Part shown: positions 29,478-40,194 of the stretch, in pieces
Layout: each line of letters begins with the position of its first letter
Numbering within the stretch: the stretch's first letter is position 1
Virus record (IMG/VR): IMGVR_UViG_3300044695_008209
Location: 118,778 to 182,777 of that record
Length of the DNA stretch: 64,000 nucleotides
Strand: one strand, 5' to 3'
Source: a virus
The notes under the pieces: generated by a model
What the model saw: the letters and a program-made list of their open reading frames with translations, nothing else
Told to the model about the DNA's origin: nothing
Databases searched by the model: none
Translations under genes and position numbers: made by a program

Positions 29478-30299
29478 ATGCGCCTTCTCGTCATCAATGC
29501 GGTCGGAGACCCCTCCACAGAGCGCACCCGTCGGCGCTTCCCGGGAAAGGTCTTCCAACGCCCCGTGATCGGCACCCTGCCCTTGGCGCCGGCGGGCCGC
29601 CGCGTGCTGCCGGTGGAGATGCTCAAGCCGGACCTCATCGACCAACTCGAGTACCTGGTGTCCATCGGGAACATCAAGGTGCTCGAGCTGGGCGCACGCT
29701 CTGCCGTCGACTTCGACGAGCTCCGCCGGCGCATGGGGTACCTCACCCGGACGGTGACCGAACCCCCGACTCCCGAGGCATCCGGTCCCTCAGTTCCGCT
29801 GGAGATCCCCGCGGAGTCGGGGGTTCCTTCCGTCGAGGTCTGCAGCTTCTGCGGTGGGTCCTTCCCGGCGCCCGTCGGGCTGCACCACACGGAGGCGGAG
29901 TGCGTGCAGGCGCAGCTGCCGCCCGCGACGACCCCAGGTGAAGTGCCGGACCCGCCCCAGGCACCGACCGAGACCCTCGACCAGGCGCTGACGCGGATCG
30001 ATGATGTGCGGACTGCCGACATCGAGGAGATGCTCGCCGGCATCGAGGACGCACCGCCCGCACCTTCCCCGGAGCCCGCGCCGGGTCCTGGCGAGACCTT
30101 CACGCTCCCGGGCGACATCGACGACCTCATCCGCAGCGCCAAGAACAAGAAGCTCGTGGCGGTCCTCGCCATCTTCGAGAAGTCGGGCGTGGGCAAGAAC
30201 AAGCTCGTCCTCGTGAGCGAGGTTTCTGCCGTGCTCAGCGGGGACCCCGACCCCGTTCTCGCGAACCGTGCCATCGCGCTGCTGCGCCAGGAGGACTGA
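29478..30299 (+). CDS. Hypothetical protein (Pro-rich linker, CxxC motif)
   Basis: RBS ggag; CSFC...H..EC. Confidence 0.55.
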   Translation: MRLLVINAVGDPSTERTRRRFPGKVFQRPVIGTLPLAPAGRRVLPVEMLKPDLIDQLEYLVSIGNIKVLELGARSAVDFDELRRRMGYLTRTVTEPPTPEASGPSVPLEIPAESGVPSVEVCSFCGGSFPAPVGLHHTEAECVQAQLPPATTPGEVPDPPQAPTETLDQALTRIDDVRTADIEEMLAGIEDAPPAPSPEPAPGPGETFTLPGDIDDLIRSAKNKKLVAVLAIFEKSGVGKNKLVLVSEVSAVLSGDPDPVLANRAIALLRQED

Positions 30300-30302
30300 C
30301 CC

Positions 30303-30791
30303 ATGGCCCAGATCACGATCCACAACATCAGCGACCGCCCCAACACCCCCGGGGCACCGGTCTCCGTCATCCTCGGCGGCAGGAAGCTGCGCCCCGGGCA
30401 GAGCGTGTCGGTCGACGACTCCGTGTTGAACACGAAGCACCGCGCGATGCAGGGCACGCGCCTGTGGTTCGGAGAGCTCCCGAGCCGCTTCGTCCGCACG
30501 AGCCGGGCCGCGCTGAAGCTGCTCGAGGCGGCCACCGCTGCCGGGCCCACCGCCGCCCTCACCCTCGCCGAAGCGCGGGAGTACCTCTCGGAGTTCACGG
30601 TGGAGGACATGCTCGCGATGGCGCAGGCGTGCTCTCCCCCGATCGACCTCCGCCCGGGCGCGTCGAAGGAGGCCATTCTCTCTCGCCTGAGCCGTGCACT
30701 CTTCCAGGAAGGGCGTGAGCTCGACCCGGAGACGTTCTTCTGGCTCGGACGCTGGACCGGTTCGCGCGGCGGGTTCACCCCCCTGGAGTAG
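30303..30791 (+). CDS. Hypothetical protein
   Basis: RBS gagga; in the late operon. Confidence 0.55.
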   Translation: MAQITIHNISDRPNTPGAPVSVILGGRKLRPGQSVSVDDSVLNTKHRAMQGTRLWFGELPSRFVRTSRAALKLLEAATAAGPTAALTLAEAREYLSEFTVEDMLAMAQACSPPIDLRPGASKEAILSRLSRALFQEGRELDPETFFWLGRWTGSRGGFTPLE

Positions 30792-30797
30792 CCGACC

Positions 30798-31289
30798 ATG
30801 ACTACGGCTCTTCCCAACGACACCGCGCGCATGAACGAGATGGTCGCCTATGTGCGGCTGTACATGCGCGACTTCCCAGAGCTGAACCGGCTCACGCAGG
30901 GCTACGAGAACTCCCCGCGCATGGTCGCGTGGGCGATCGTGGATGCGCTCGACGACTGGAACACGACGCCGCCCTTCTTGGGTGCGACCTCCATCGCGAA
31001 CTTCCCCTCCAAGAGCCTGCTCTGTCGCGGCGCGGTCATCGCGCTGCTCGAGAGCGTGGGGCTGCTGCAGATGCGGAACCAGCTCTCGTTCAGCGACGGC
31101 GGGATCTCGGTGTCGGTGAACGACAAGGCCCCGATGATCATGCAGTGGCTCTCGATGATGAAGGCCTCCTACGAGGACAAGAAGGTCCGCATGAAGTCCT
31201 CCATGAACGTCGAGATGGCGATGAGCGGCAGCGGACATCACTCCGAGTACTCCGCCATCAACGGCACCTACTTGCCCGGAGTGATCTGA
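30798..31289 (+). CDS. Putative head-tail adaptor (neck) protein
   Basis: Helical 163-aa ORF (VAYVRLYMRD...AIVDALDDWN) after the capsid gene. Confidence 0.55.
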   Translation: MTTALPNDTARMNEMVAYVRLYMRDFPELNRLTQGYENSPRMVAWAIVDALDDWNTTPPFLGATSIANFPSKSLLCRGAVIALLESVGLLQMRNQLSFSDGGISVSVNDKAPMIMQWLSMMKASYEDKKVRMKSSMNVEMAMSGSGHHSEYSAINGTYLPGVI

Positions 31290-32128
31290 TGGAGTCGCAC
31301 TGGGCCCCTCGTTCTCCCCTTGCGCGCCACGCCGCGGCCGCAGACCTGTGGATGGAGCTCACGGGCCGCAAGAGCGCCGCCGTGCTCGAAGTCGCCAAGG
31401 AGTCGATGTCGAAGCACGCCAACGGGGACGCGGTCGCGAACCAGCCGCAGCCTGCTCCCGCCACACGTGCTCCCCTTGTCGGGGCCGTGGCCGGGGGGCT
31501 GACGGGTGCGGGCCTCATGGGCGCCGCGGCACACCACGCGAACAAGAGCCTCGCGACGGGCGCGGCACGCATCCCGCGGCACCTGGCCGCGCTCGGTGGC
31601 GGGACCGTCGGGGCCGGCGTCGGCGCGACCCTCGGGGCCGGGTACGCCATCCGCAAGATGATGAAGCAGCCGGACGAGGCCCCTGCGAAGACCGGGGCTG
31701 CGGGTCCGCTTCTTCATTTGCATGCGCACGGTGCCGGGCCTCGCGACGTGGCCGGCAAGATGATCGAGTACCTGCGCACCCATCCGCGAGCTGCCGCAGC
31801 CGCCGGCGCTGCCCTCCTCGCAGCGCCGGCGGCGGGCGCGGGCTACCTCCACGAGAAGGCCCGCCACACCGCAGGTGGTGGCGGGAAGAGCGAGTACGAA
31901 ATCGACAACGACCTGGCCCTGGCTGGGCACCAGGCGCGCGTTGAGCACAAGGGGAAGCCGCCGAGCGGCGTCGACCGTCTCGTGGAGAAGTACCTGTTGC
32001 TGAAGGCGCAGGCAGGGAAGGAAGGACGAGAGAACCCCGGGCGGGCCGCGGCCTACGGGGCGATCCCGTACGGGGCGCTCGCCGGCGTGACTGGTGCCGC
32101 GGTCGTACCTCGGCTGCTGCGGTGGTGA
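31289..32128 (+). CDS. Cargo-type protein with four Gly-rich hydrophobic helices
   Basis: SKHAN site; GAVAGGLTGAGLMGAAA, ALGGGTVGAGVGATLGAG, AAAAAGAALLAAPAAGAG, GAIPYGALAGVTGAAVV. Confidence 0.55.
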   Translation: MESHWAPRSPLARHAAAADLWMELTGRKSAAVLEVAKESMSKHANGDAVANQPQPAPATRAPLVGAVAGGLTGAGLMGAAAHHANKSLATGAARIPRHLAALGGGTVGAGVGATLGAGYAIRKMMKQPDEAPAKTGAAGPLLHLHAHGAGPRDVAGKMIEYLRTHPRAAAAAGAALLAAPAAGAGYLHEKARHTAGGGGKSEYEIDNDLALAGHQARVEHKGKPPSGVDRLVEKYLLLKAQAGKEGRENPGRAAAYGAIPYGALAGVTGAAVVPRLLRW

Positions 32129-33012
32129 AGTTCACCCGCCTGCAGGTGACCGGCTTCAGTCGCCGGTACTTCGACGTGGACTGGGAGATCGCTCCTACCC
32201 ACGACGACATGCAGGAGTGGGAGTTCTTCGTCGAGCGGTCGGAGTCCGAGGCGGGTCCCTGGATCGTCGTCGCCGGGCCCATCGTCGACCGCTACTACCT
32301 GCGGGACAACACGACCCCGCAGATCTCCCTCAACCGCTCGCTCTTCTACAGGGTGCGGGCGGTGAACCCGTCTCGAGGACTCGACGTCGTCTCGATGCAC
32401 GCGGATCGAGAAGGTGAGCCGGACCTCATCGCCACTGAGATCGCGAGCCTGGAGCACCTGCTCTTCACGGAGTTCACGGGCACCCGCTCCTGGCTCTTCA
32501 CCCGACGCACGTTCGGACAGCGGTGCCCGCAGTGCTGGGACGACGTCCTCTCGAAGATCATTGACGACTCCTGCCCGACGTGCTTTCGGACTGGCTTCTC
32601 CGGCGGGTACCACTACCCGATCGAGTTCTTCGCCCAGTTCGACAAGAGCCCTCAGTCGGAGAACGCGTCGACGTACGACCACCACCAGCTGAACCCGCAG
32701 ACGTTTCGCTGCACGGCGTCTCCGAAGATCACGCCGATGTCTCTGGTCATCGACCACAAGAACCAGCGGTTCCGGGTCCTCACCGTCTCCCACACATCGC
32801 GGCTCGGGGTCGGAGTGCACCAGGAGGTGCAAGCGATCCAGCTCCAGCCGGGGTCCATCGAGGACGCCATCGAGCTGAAGGTCGAGCACCGGACGCTGAG
32901 TCTGGCTGCTTCTCGCAACTACACCAACCCGCAGAACCTCGAAGCTGCGGGTGGGGCTGACCTGCCCGAACTGGATGGGCTACTGGGGCGATATGGATAC
33001 CGAGATGCGTGA
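32122..33012 (+). CDS. Putative head-closure/neck protein with a Zn finger
   Basis: GQRCPQCWD...SCPTCFRTGFSGGY; neck position. Confidence 0.6.
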   Translation: MVKFTRLQVTGFSRRYFDVDWEIAPTHDDMQEWEFFVERSESEAGPWIVVAGPIVDRYYLRDNTTPQISLNRSLFYRVRAVNPSRGLDVVSMHADREGEPDLIATEIASLEHLLFTEFTGTRSWLFTRRTFGQRCPQCWDDVLSKIIDDSCPTCFRTGFSGGYHYPIEFFAQFDKSPQSENASTYDHHQLNPQTFRCTASPKITPMSLVIDHKNQRFRVLTVSHTSRLGVGVHQEVQAIQLQPGSIEDAIELKVEHRTLSLAASRNYTNPQNLEAAGGADLPELDGLLGRYGYRDA

Positions 33013-33427
33013 CCCGCTCCAGCACATTCGGGACCAGCCCGGGTACCGGGAGTACCAGGACACGGCCGCGCAGGCGCCGCCGTCGAGGTACCCGTGGGGC
33101 ACCCTCCTCGCCAACGTGGGCGGCATCGCGGCCGCGCACACGGCCGGGTACATCAGCGCCGGCACCCTCGCGAACATGCTCGCATCGTCCAGGGTCGGCG
33201 AGCGGTTCTCCCGGCTCAGCCCGACGGCGCAGCGCAACGCTGTAGGGCAGGCCGTATCCATCGCTGGGTCCGTGGGGGTGGTTGCGACTGGGCTCGCCCA
33301 CATCGCAGGGCAGATGCGCATCGCGGAGGAGGTCTCTCGACTGGAGAGGGAGCGCACCGCGGCGCCGAACGAGAAGGTCGCGTCGGTCTACCTCACGTAC
33401 GAGCGTGCCTTCCGGGATCTCCTGTGA
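32993..33427 (+). CDS. Small membrane-like protein with an EKVAS site
   Basis: Two hydrophobic Gly/Ala-rich helices; NEKVASV. Confidence 0.55.
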   Translation: MDTEMRDPLQHIRDQPGYREYQDTAAQAPPSRYPWGTLLANVGGIAAAHTAGYISAGTLANMLASSRVGERFSRLSPTAQRNAVGQAVSIAGSVGVVATGLAHIAGQMRIAEEVSRLERERTAAPNEKVASVYLTYERAFRDLL

Positions 33428-34227
33428 GCACGGTCGCGACCAGATCCAAGCGGGTCTCCCTGGAACGGGGGACGAACCCGCTGGTCTACGCGCAGCGGCT
33501 GTACGTGCAGTTCCTTCAGGGCCTGTTCAACTTCAACGCCGTGGAGTGCCTGCACTGGGAGCCGGACGAGGAGATCACGGAGATCGTGATCCGCGCCGAG
33601 GCGCCCCTCAACATGAAGAGCGTCGGGAAGCGCCCCGTGATCACCGTGGTCATGGGGCCGACGCAGTTCCAGGGACTCGGCATCGACCAGATGCAGTCGA
33701 TGGACCTGGCCGGAGAGAGGCGCGTGCACACGGACCTCATCTCCGGGCACCTCGTGGTCTACTGCCTCGCAGAGACCGACGTGGTGGCGCAGTGGATCGC
33801 GCACATGGTCGTGCACGGGACGTTGGTGAACCGGCGGCTCCTCGAGTCCTCCGGGGGGTTCCACCAGATCGCGCGCCCTGCCCCGTCGATGAACGCGCCG
33901 AGTCCTCCCGGAGCTCTCATCGGAGGGGATCCTGCCGGACTCGTCATGGTCCAGGTCAACCTGCCCTTCGCCTTCCAGTGGATGTGGTCTGCGGAACCTA
34001 CTGCTCCCAGCCAAGCTCGATCGCTGGACATGGTTACGAGCAAGAAGAGGGCCAGCGACTACCCGTACACTTCCCCCTCTCGACTGGAGAAGGTAGAGTT
34101 GGCGATGTCGGCCGTCCCCGTCACCGTTCGCCGGCTCTCCGGCGCCACGATCACTACCGAGACCATCCTCAACGGCATAGACGACCTGCAGGTTGTCCTT
34201 GCTTCTACCAGTTCCGACGAGGCCTGA
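33424..34227 (+). CDS. Putative tail terminator/completion protein
   Basis: GTGA-coupled; immediately precedes the sheath gene. Confidence 0.5.
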   Translation: MSTVATRSKRVSLERGTNPLVYAQRLYVQFLQGLFNFNAVECLHWEPDEEITEIVIRAEAPLNMKSVGKRPVITVVMGPTQFQGLGIDQMQSMDLAGERRVHTDLISGHLVVYCLAETDVVAQWIAHMVVHGTLVNRRLLESSGGFHQIARPAPSMNAPSPPGALIGGDPAGLVMVQVNLPFAFQWMWSAEPTAPSQARSLDMVTSKKRASDYPYTSPSRLEKVELAMSAVPVTVRRLSGATITTETILNGIDDLQVVLASTSSDEA

Positions 34228-34231
34228 TCAC

Positions 34232-37200
34232 ATGGCATCCGAAAATCGTGTTGGTGTCGAAGTCGAGCAGGTTCTCTCCGAGAGCGCTGCCACCCCCGTC
34301 TCGCCCGCGTTGATCCCCGCGGTGGTAGGCGTCTGCCGGCAGATCGTCGAGGCGCTCGACAGCGACGGCGCACTGGACGCCGATGCGAAGTACGCCGACG
34401 CCCGGTACAACCAGGCGTCGATGTTCATCCCGCAGGCCGACTTCCCGGACCCCCGCGACAACATCGACGAGCTCAACGTGGACGAGGGGACCGTCGGGGC
34501 GGCGCTCTACTTCGGCGGGACGCTGCGCGATCTCGACCGCGGGAGCAACGACAGCTACGGGTCCGCCTTCCTCAAGCTGATGAACAAGTGCCGCGCGGCG
34601 GCGTTCCGCACGTCCGTGGGCACCTCGTTCACCTTTGACCCCACGGTCGGCAACCCCCTCACGCTCGCCTTCGACGTGGTGAACCCCGAGAACGTGTCCT
34701 CGGACATCACGATCACCTTCGTCGGTACGCTGACGGTGGCCGAGGTGGTCGAGCAGGTCAACGAAGCTGTCGGTGCCGAGGTGGCCACGGTCTCCGGCAT
34801 CGTGATGCAGATCACCTCGCCCACCTTCGGGGCGACCTCCAGCATCACCGTGCGTGCGGGCTCCTCCGCCCTCCCGATCCTCTTCGGCGCCTCCTTCAGC
34901 GACGAGCTCGAGCACCGCGTAGTCGGGGCCGGCTTCCACGGACAGGACGACGAGGACGGCGACCTGGTCACCCCCTGGATCGAGTTCTCGCAGGGCGGGT
35001 ACTACACGACCGACGACGCCGGTGTCGTCACCACGGTCTCCTCCTTCCCCGTGTCCCCGACGGCCAACGCGATGTGGGTCGGCCAGGTCGACCTCGACGG
35101 GACCTTCAACACCGCGAAGGCGGCCGCGGTCACCTACACGGGCACCTCCGCCACCGTCCCGCTGATCGCCGCGACGTCCTCGGTGCCCGGCGACCAGATG
35201 TGGGCCGGAGGCGCGCAGGTCGGCAGCGGCGAGGTCATCAAGGTCGAGGCGTCGCGCATCAAGATCGGCAAGCTGAACAACTCGCTCTCCACCTTCGACG
35301 ACGACGGCGAGCCCACGAACCGCGTCTACGACACGGTCGAGGTGAACACCGAGAACCACGGCACGCCGTTCGCCCCCAAGTACGTGTACTTCAAGGCGTT
35401 CGGGCTCACCTACGGAGAGATCCTGCCCGAGGGCGAGGCCGCGACCCTTACGGGCTCCCTCCAGGGGCTCGTCGAGCGTTCCGCCTACGTCCAGAGCTCG
35501 ACGGACATCACCTTCCCGCTGAGCCCGGCCAGCCTCACGCTCATCTTCCAGGTGACCGAGGACGGGATCGACGGCGACGAGGTCACCTACACGTTCGCCG
35601 GCGGCCCCTACGCCAACATCGGAGCGCTCGTCTCCCTGCTCTCCGCGGCCGATGAGTTCAGCCAGCTCACCGTCAGCAACAACGGCGACCAGCTCGTCCT
35701 CCAGACGACCAAGACCGGCGCGGACCAGAGCATCACGGTCAAGTCGACGGGCACGGCGAACACCGCGCTCAAGTTCTCCGCCTCGGTGGCGACCACCGAC
35801 ACCGGCAAGGACGTGGAGTTCGCCACGCAGGCGACGCTCACCGGCGAGGTCATCGCCCTGCCGATGGCGGCGGAGACCAACCTCGTGTTCGGCCTCACGA
35901 TCGAGGACTCGAAGGGCACCCACACGGTGACCTCGACCGCCGTGACGCTCGCGACCGTGACCAACTTCACCACGCTCATCGACCGGATCTGCGAGGCCTT
36001 CGGCTCCGCCAACGGCACCACCGACCCGACCATCTACGACGGCGGCATCGCCATCGCGACCCTGTCCTCCTCCGGAGGGTCCGACACCACCGGCACGCTC
36101 ACGATCACCACGATCGAGGGCGGGGCCGCTGTCACCCTGGAGCTCACCGCGGTCGACGAGACCGACGGGTGGCGCTTCCTCGGGTTCCACGACGACACCG
36201 GTGGTACCTCGGCGCAGCTCGACTCCGCCGGCGGGATCAGCGACTTCGTCGACCTCGCGGGCTCCTGGGTGGTCGGTGCGGGTCCGGACGGGTTCCGCCT
36301 GACCATCGTCGGCGGCGCCAACGCGCTCGTCGCGACCGACATCACCATCCCGGCCGCGACCTACGACGCGGACGCGCTCGCGGCTGCGATCCAGGCTGCG
36401 GTCAACACCGCCATCGGCGCGGGCACCACCACCTGCGCCTGGAACGACGCGGGCTACTTCGTACTCACGGTGCCGGGGGGTACGACCATCACCATGGCCG
36501 CCCGCGGAGCGGGCGTTGACATCGCCGCTACGATCTGGGGCACCCTCGGTGCCCAAGTGGCCGCCGCGTACACCGGCACCGCGCCGACCCAGCCGCGTCT
36601 CACGATCACGCTGACCAGTACCTACAACGGGTCGCCCGAGGTCATCACCGGCCTCGCGACCTACGCGATGGCCGCCGCCGCCAGCGCAGAGGTACTGGCG
36701 GAGCTGCTCAACGCGTCCACGGACTTCTCCGGTCACACCGTCGCCGGGGAGCGCCTCGTCGAGTGGGTCGTCGCCAGCGGCACCGTCATCACCGTCCGCT
36801 CCATCAAGGGCGGCACCCTCGCGTCGCTGTCCTACGGCGCCGCGCAGCCCGGGCTCGTGGCCATGGGCTTCTCCGGTGCCGGCGCCACCGACTCCGGGGC
36901 GGCCCTGGGCGGCAACGCGGATGGTGTCGGCGCGGACGACCTCAAGTCGACCACGCTGCTCTTCAGCCTCGACGACAACCCGTACGAGTACAGCATCACC
37001 TTCGACACCAACTCGCTTGCGGACGCCATCGTCCTCATCAACGAGGCGGTCGACGGCTCCGACGACGTGGCTTCCGAGGACACCCGCAAGCTCGTCCTGA
37101 CCAGCCTGCTCGCCGGCGCAGCGTCGAAGGTCTCCATCAACTCCACGGACGGGGATGCGGACGAGGTCTTCGGCATCACCGGGACCGACGAAGGGGCCGG

Positions 37201-38719
37201 TCGGCCGAACCCCGACTTCTACCTGGACGGCGATGGTGCAGTGCACATCGGGCCCAACATCCTGCGGAACAAGAGCTCCGGCATCCCGTTCTCGCTCGAG
37301 TCGGCCCTCGCAGACGTGTACCTGCCGTACATCGCGCTCCGGAAGGACGTGACCTCTTCGGCCTCGTCGGCCTCCCTGCTCGCGTTCGACGACACCACCA
37401 CGATGGAGGCCAGCATCGGCCCCATCAGCATCAAGAACCCGCTCGCGCTGGGCGTCTTCCTCGCGATGGCCAACTGCCAGACCTACCAGGTCAGCGCCCT
37501 GGGCATCGACGAGGACAGCGCGGCCGCTCCCTACGGCACGCTGGACGGGTGGAGCCGCGCGATCGAGTTCCTCGAGAGCAAGGAGATCTACGCGCTCGCC
37601 CCGCTCACCGACGACGAGTACGTGCAGGGACTCCTGGCCACGCACGTCGTCGCGATGAGCGCCCCGACGGAGCGCGGAGAGCGCATCCTCTTCATCTGGC
37701 AGCCCATCCCCACCCGTGCGGCCACCGTCACGGTGTCCAGCGGAGAGGACGGCGAGACGAACGGGACGGACAACTCCTTCACGCTCGACTCGAACCCGAA
37801 CGCCGACCTCATCGCCAACGACATCGACCCGTCCGACACCATCGAGGTGGACGCGAACCTCTACCTCGAGGTGGTGGTCACCAACGCGGGGGCCTCGGAA
37901 CTCCGGCGCTACTCGGTGGAGGAGGTCAACGGCGTGGTCCTCACGCTGCGCACGACCTTCGCCGCCGACGAGAACACGGATGGCTTCTTCACCACGGAGA
38001 CGCTCGACGAGGAGTTCTCGGGGGCGGACTACTCCCTGAAGATCCGCGGCGCCGAGCTGCTGATCACCGGGACGGCCATCCCCGACCTGGCGTCCCGCGC
38101 GACGGCGGCGGCGGCCGAGGCGACCCCCTACGCGCATCGCCGCATCTACATGCTGGCGTGCAGCTCGGTGGACACCAGCATCAACGGCGTGACCCAGAAC
38201 GTGGAGGGCTTCTACGCCGCGGCGGCCATCGCGGGCATGGTCGCGCAGCAGGCTCCCGCGCAGCCCTTCACCCACTTCCCGATCGCCGGGCTGGGTGCGG
38301 TGTACGGGACGGACGACACGTACAGCGAGAAGCACCTCGACACCGTCGCAGACGGCGGCCGGTACGTGCTGGTCAACATGGGCGGCGCGGTCGTCTCGCG
38401 CAAGCAGCTCTCCACCTCGACCACCAGCATCCAGAGCAAGGAGCTGTCGATCACGAAGGCGGTCGACTACCTGGCCAAGGGCCTGCGGGCGACGAACCGG
38501 GCGTTCATCGGACGCTCGAACATCACCTCCGGGTTCCTCGACCAGCTCACGCTCGCCAACGAGGGCTACCTCGACTACGTCGAGAACCTCGGGGTGGTGA
38601 AGAAGGCAGAGCTCAAGAGCCTCCTCCAGGACACCGACCAGCCCGACACCGTGATGGTCGAGGTGGAGGTCGAGGTCCTCACGCCCTGCAACAAGATCAA
38701 GATCACCATCGTCTCCTGA
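34232..38719 (+). CDS. Tail sheath protein (unusually large, about 1495 aa)
   Basis: Sheath-type C-terminus AAAIAGM...ELSITKAVDYLAKGLR...FIGRSN...VEVEVLTPCNKIKITI. Confidence 0.85.
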   Translation: MASENRVGVEVEQVLSESAATPVSPALIPAVVGVCRQIVEALDSDGALDADAKYADARYNQASMFIPQADFPDPRDNIDELNVDEGTVGAALYFGGTLRDLDRGSNDSYGSAFLKLMNKCRAAAFRTSVGTSFTFDPTVGNPLTLAFDVVNPENVSSDITITFVGTLTVAEVVEQVNEAVGAEVATVSGIVMQITSPTFGATSSITVRAGSSALPILFGASFSDELEHRVVGAGFHGQDDEDGDLVTPWIEFSQGGYYTTDDAGVVTTVSSFPVSPTANAMWVGQVDLDGTFNTAKAAAVTYTGTSATVPLIAATSSVPGDQMWAGGAQVGSGEVIKVEASRIKIGKLNNSLSTFDDDGEPTNRVYDTVEVNTENHGTPFAPKYVYFKAFGLTYGEILPEGEAATLTGSLQGLVERSAYVQSSTDITFPLSPASLTLIFQVTEDGIDGDEVTYTFAGGPYANIGALVSLLSAADEFSQLTVSNNGDQLVLQTTKTGADQSITVKSTGTANTALKFSASVATTDTGKDVEFATQATLTGEVIALPMAAETNLVFGLTIEDSKGTHTVTSTAVTLATVTNFTTLIDRICEAFGSANGTTDPTIYDGGIAIATLSSSGGSDTTGTLTITTIEGGAAVTLELTAVDETDGWRFLGFHDDTGGTSAQLDSAGGISDFVDLAGSWVVGAGPDGFRLTIVGGANALVATDITIPAATYDADALAAAIQAAVNTAIGAGTTTCAWNDAGYFVLTVPGGTTITMAARGAGVDIAATIWGTLGAQVAAAYTGTAPTQPRLTITLTSTYNGSPEVITGLATYAMAAAASAEVLAELLNASTDFSGHTVAGERLVEWVVASGTVITVRSIKGGTLASLSYGAAQPGLVAMGFSGAGATDSGAALGGNADGVGADDLKSTTLLFSLDDNPYEYSITFDTNSLADAIVLINEAVDGSDDVASEDTRKLVLTSLLAGAASKVSINSTDGDADEVFGITGTDEGAGRPNPDFYLDGDGAVHIGPNILRNKSSGIPFSLESALADVYLPYIALRKDVTSSASSASLLAFDDTTTMEASIGPISIKNPLALGVFLAMANCQTYQVSALGIDEDSAAAPYGTLDGWSRAIEFLESKEIYALAPLTDDEYVQGLLATHVVAMSAPTERGERILFIWQPIPTRAATVTVSSGEDGETNGTDNSFTLDSNPNADLIANDIDPSDTIEVDANLYLEVVVTNAGASELRRYSVEEVNGVVLTLRTTFAADENTDGFFTTETLDEEFSGADYSLKIRGAELLITGTAIPDLASRATAAAAEATPYAHRRIYMLACSSVDTSINGVTQNVEGFYAAAAIAGMVAQQAPAQPFTHFPIAGLGAVYGTDDTYSEKHLDTVADGGRYVLVNMGGAVVSRKQLSTSTTSIQSKELSITKAVDYLAKGLRATNRAFIGRSNITSGFLDQLTLANEGYLDYVENLGVVKKAELKSLLQDTDQPDTVMVEVEVEVLTPCNKIKITIVS

Positions 38720-38758
38720 TACACTTCCCCCACCTGCCGCCAGATTCTCGGAGTCCAC

Positions 38759-40162
38759 ATGTCCGCCACTGCCAAGGCCCTCAGCAACGTCGCTTCCTAC
38801 ACCCGTCGGTTCGCGGAGTCCTTCGCCACGCGGAAGCACCGTGTGCTCGATGACCGCGATCAGTCGCTGGCGGACGCGCTGCACGTCCTCGAGGAGAGGT
38901 CCGACAGCTACTACCCGATGATCACCGACCTCGACGCGACCATCGTCCTGCTCGACTCGGCTTCCCCTCTCACCGGCCTGGTGATCACCGGCGCGAACTT
39001 CGTCGGCGATGCGGTCCGGGCGTCGGGCATCAGCGACGAGGACGACACCGTCACCACCAAGGAGCTGACCTGGACCCGCGTGGTCCCGGGCGACGAGGAC
39101 ATCACCGTCACCATCGTCTCCTCGGGCGTCGCCAACAACGCCGTGACCTGCGCGTGGAACCCCACCACCCTGGCCCTCACGGTTACCCGCGGCACCACGG
39201 CCACCGCCAACGACGTGTTCACCGCGGTCAACACCGACGCGGTGGGCAAGTACATCGTCGACGTGACGAAGACCGGCCTCTCGGCCACTGGTGTCCCCAC
39301 CGCGGGCTCCATCACCCTCACCGGTGGCGTGGGCGACCTGCTCACCCTCACCATCGGCAGCACGGCGGTCGATGGCGTGCTCACCGACTGCGGCATCACC
39401 GCGGTCACCGACGCCGCCATCACCTTCGACTTCGACGCCTCGAACGAGACGACGGAGACCATGGTTCTCCTGCAGCTCCGCTGCGACGGCGTCCTGGTCA
39501 CCCCGATCCCGCTCATCGTGGACTTCCCGACCGTCACGGTGGCGGACCTCGCCGTCACGAGCGCCAAGCTCGCGGTCGGCGCCCTCTCCGCCGACGCCAC
39601 GGGCCGCGCGGTCATGGCGACCGACTACTTCAACGCCGCCACGATCCTGCTCAAGATCGCCGACGGTGCCTTCGCCGCCGACGCCGCCACTCGTCTGCTC
39701 TTCGGCGACGGCATCTGGACCTCGGCGAAGCTGGACGCGAACCTGATCCAGTACGCCGAGGTGACCGTCTCGACCGCCGAGCTCAAGGCGCTGCGGGCGA
39801 CCCCCAAGACCCTCGTGGCGGGTCAGGCCGGGAAGGTCATCCAGTACGTGGGGGCGGTCTACTTCTACGACTACCTCACCAACGCGTACGTCATCGCCGC
39901 CCCCGGCGATGACCTCCAGGTCAAGTACACCAACGGTGCCGGCGCCGCCGTCGCGGCTGTCGTGCCCTCCACCGGGTTCATCGACCAGGCGAGCGACCAG
40001 GTCTACGTCGGGCCCGCCCCGACCGCACAGGTGCTCGCCAAGGCCGCCATCGAGGGGCAGGCCCTCGTGCTGCACAACGAGGGTGGCGGGGAGTACACGT
40101 CGGCCACTGGTGGCGTTCTCCGCGTCCAGATCGCCTACCGCGTCCACACCACCGGCTTCTGA
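38759..40162 (+). CDS. Virion structural protein (tail-associated)
   Basis: Thr/Ala/Asp-rich; between sheath and tube genes. Confidence 0.55.
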   Translation: MSATAKALSNVASYTRRFAESFATRKHRVLDDRDQSLADALHVLEERSDSYYPMITDLDATIVLLDSASPLTGLVITGANFVGDAVRASGISDEDDTVTTKELTWTRVVPGDEDITVTIVSSGVANNAVTCAWNPTTLALTVTRGTTATANDVFTAVNTDAVGKYIVDVTKTGLSATGVPTAGSITLTGGVGDLLTLTIGSTAVDGVLTDCGITAVTDAAITFDFDASNETTETMVLLQLRCDGVLVTPIPLIVDFPTVTVADLAVTSAKLAVGALSADATGRAVMATDYFNAATILLKIADGAFAADAATRLLFGDGIWTSAKLDANLIQYAEVTVSTAELKALRATPKTLVAGQAGKVIQYVGAVYFYDYLTNAYVIAAPGDDLQVKYTNGAGAAVAAVVPSTGFIDQASDQVYVGPAPTAQVLAKAAIEGQALVLHNEGGGEYTSATGGVLRVQIAYRVHTTGF

Positions 40163-40168
40163 GATGTA

Positions 40169-40194
40169 GGAGGGGGCGGGCAGCCGCCCCCTCC
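40169..40194 (+). terminator. GC-rich hairpin (terminator or processing site)
   Basis: ggagggggcgg-gcag-ccgccccctcc. Confidence 0.55.
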
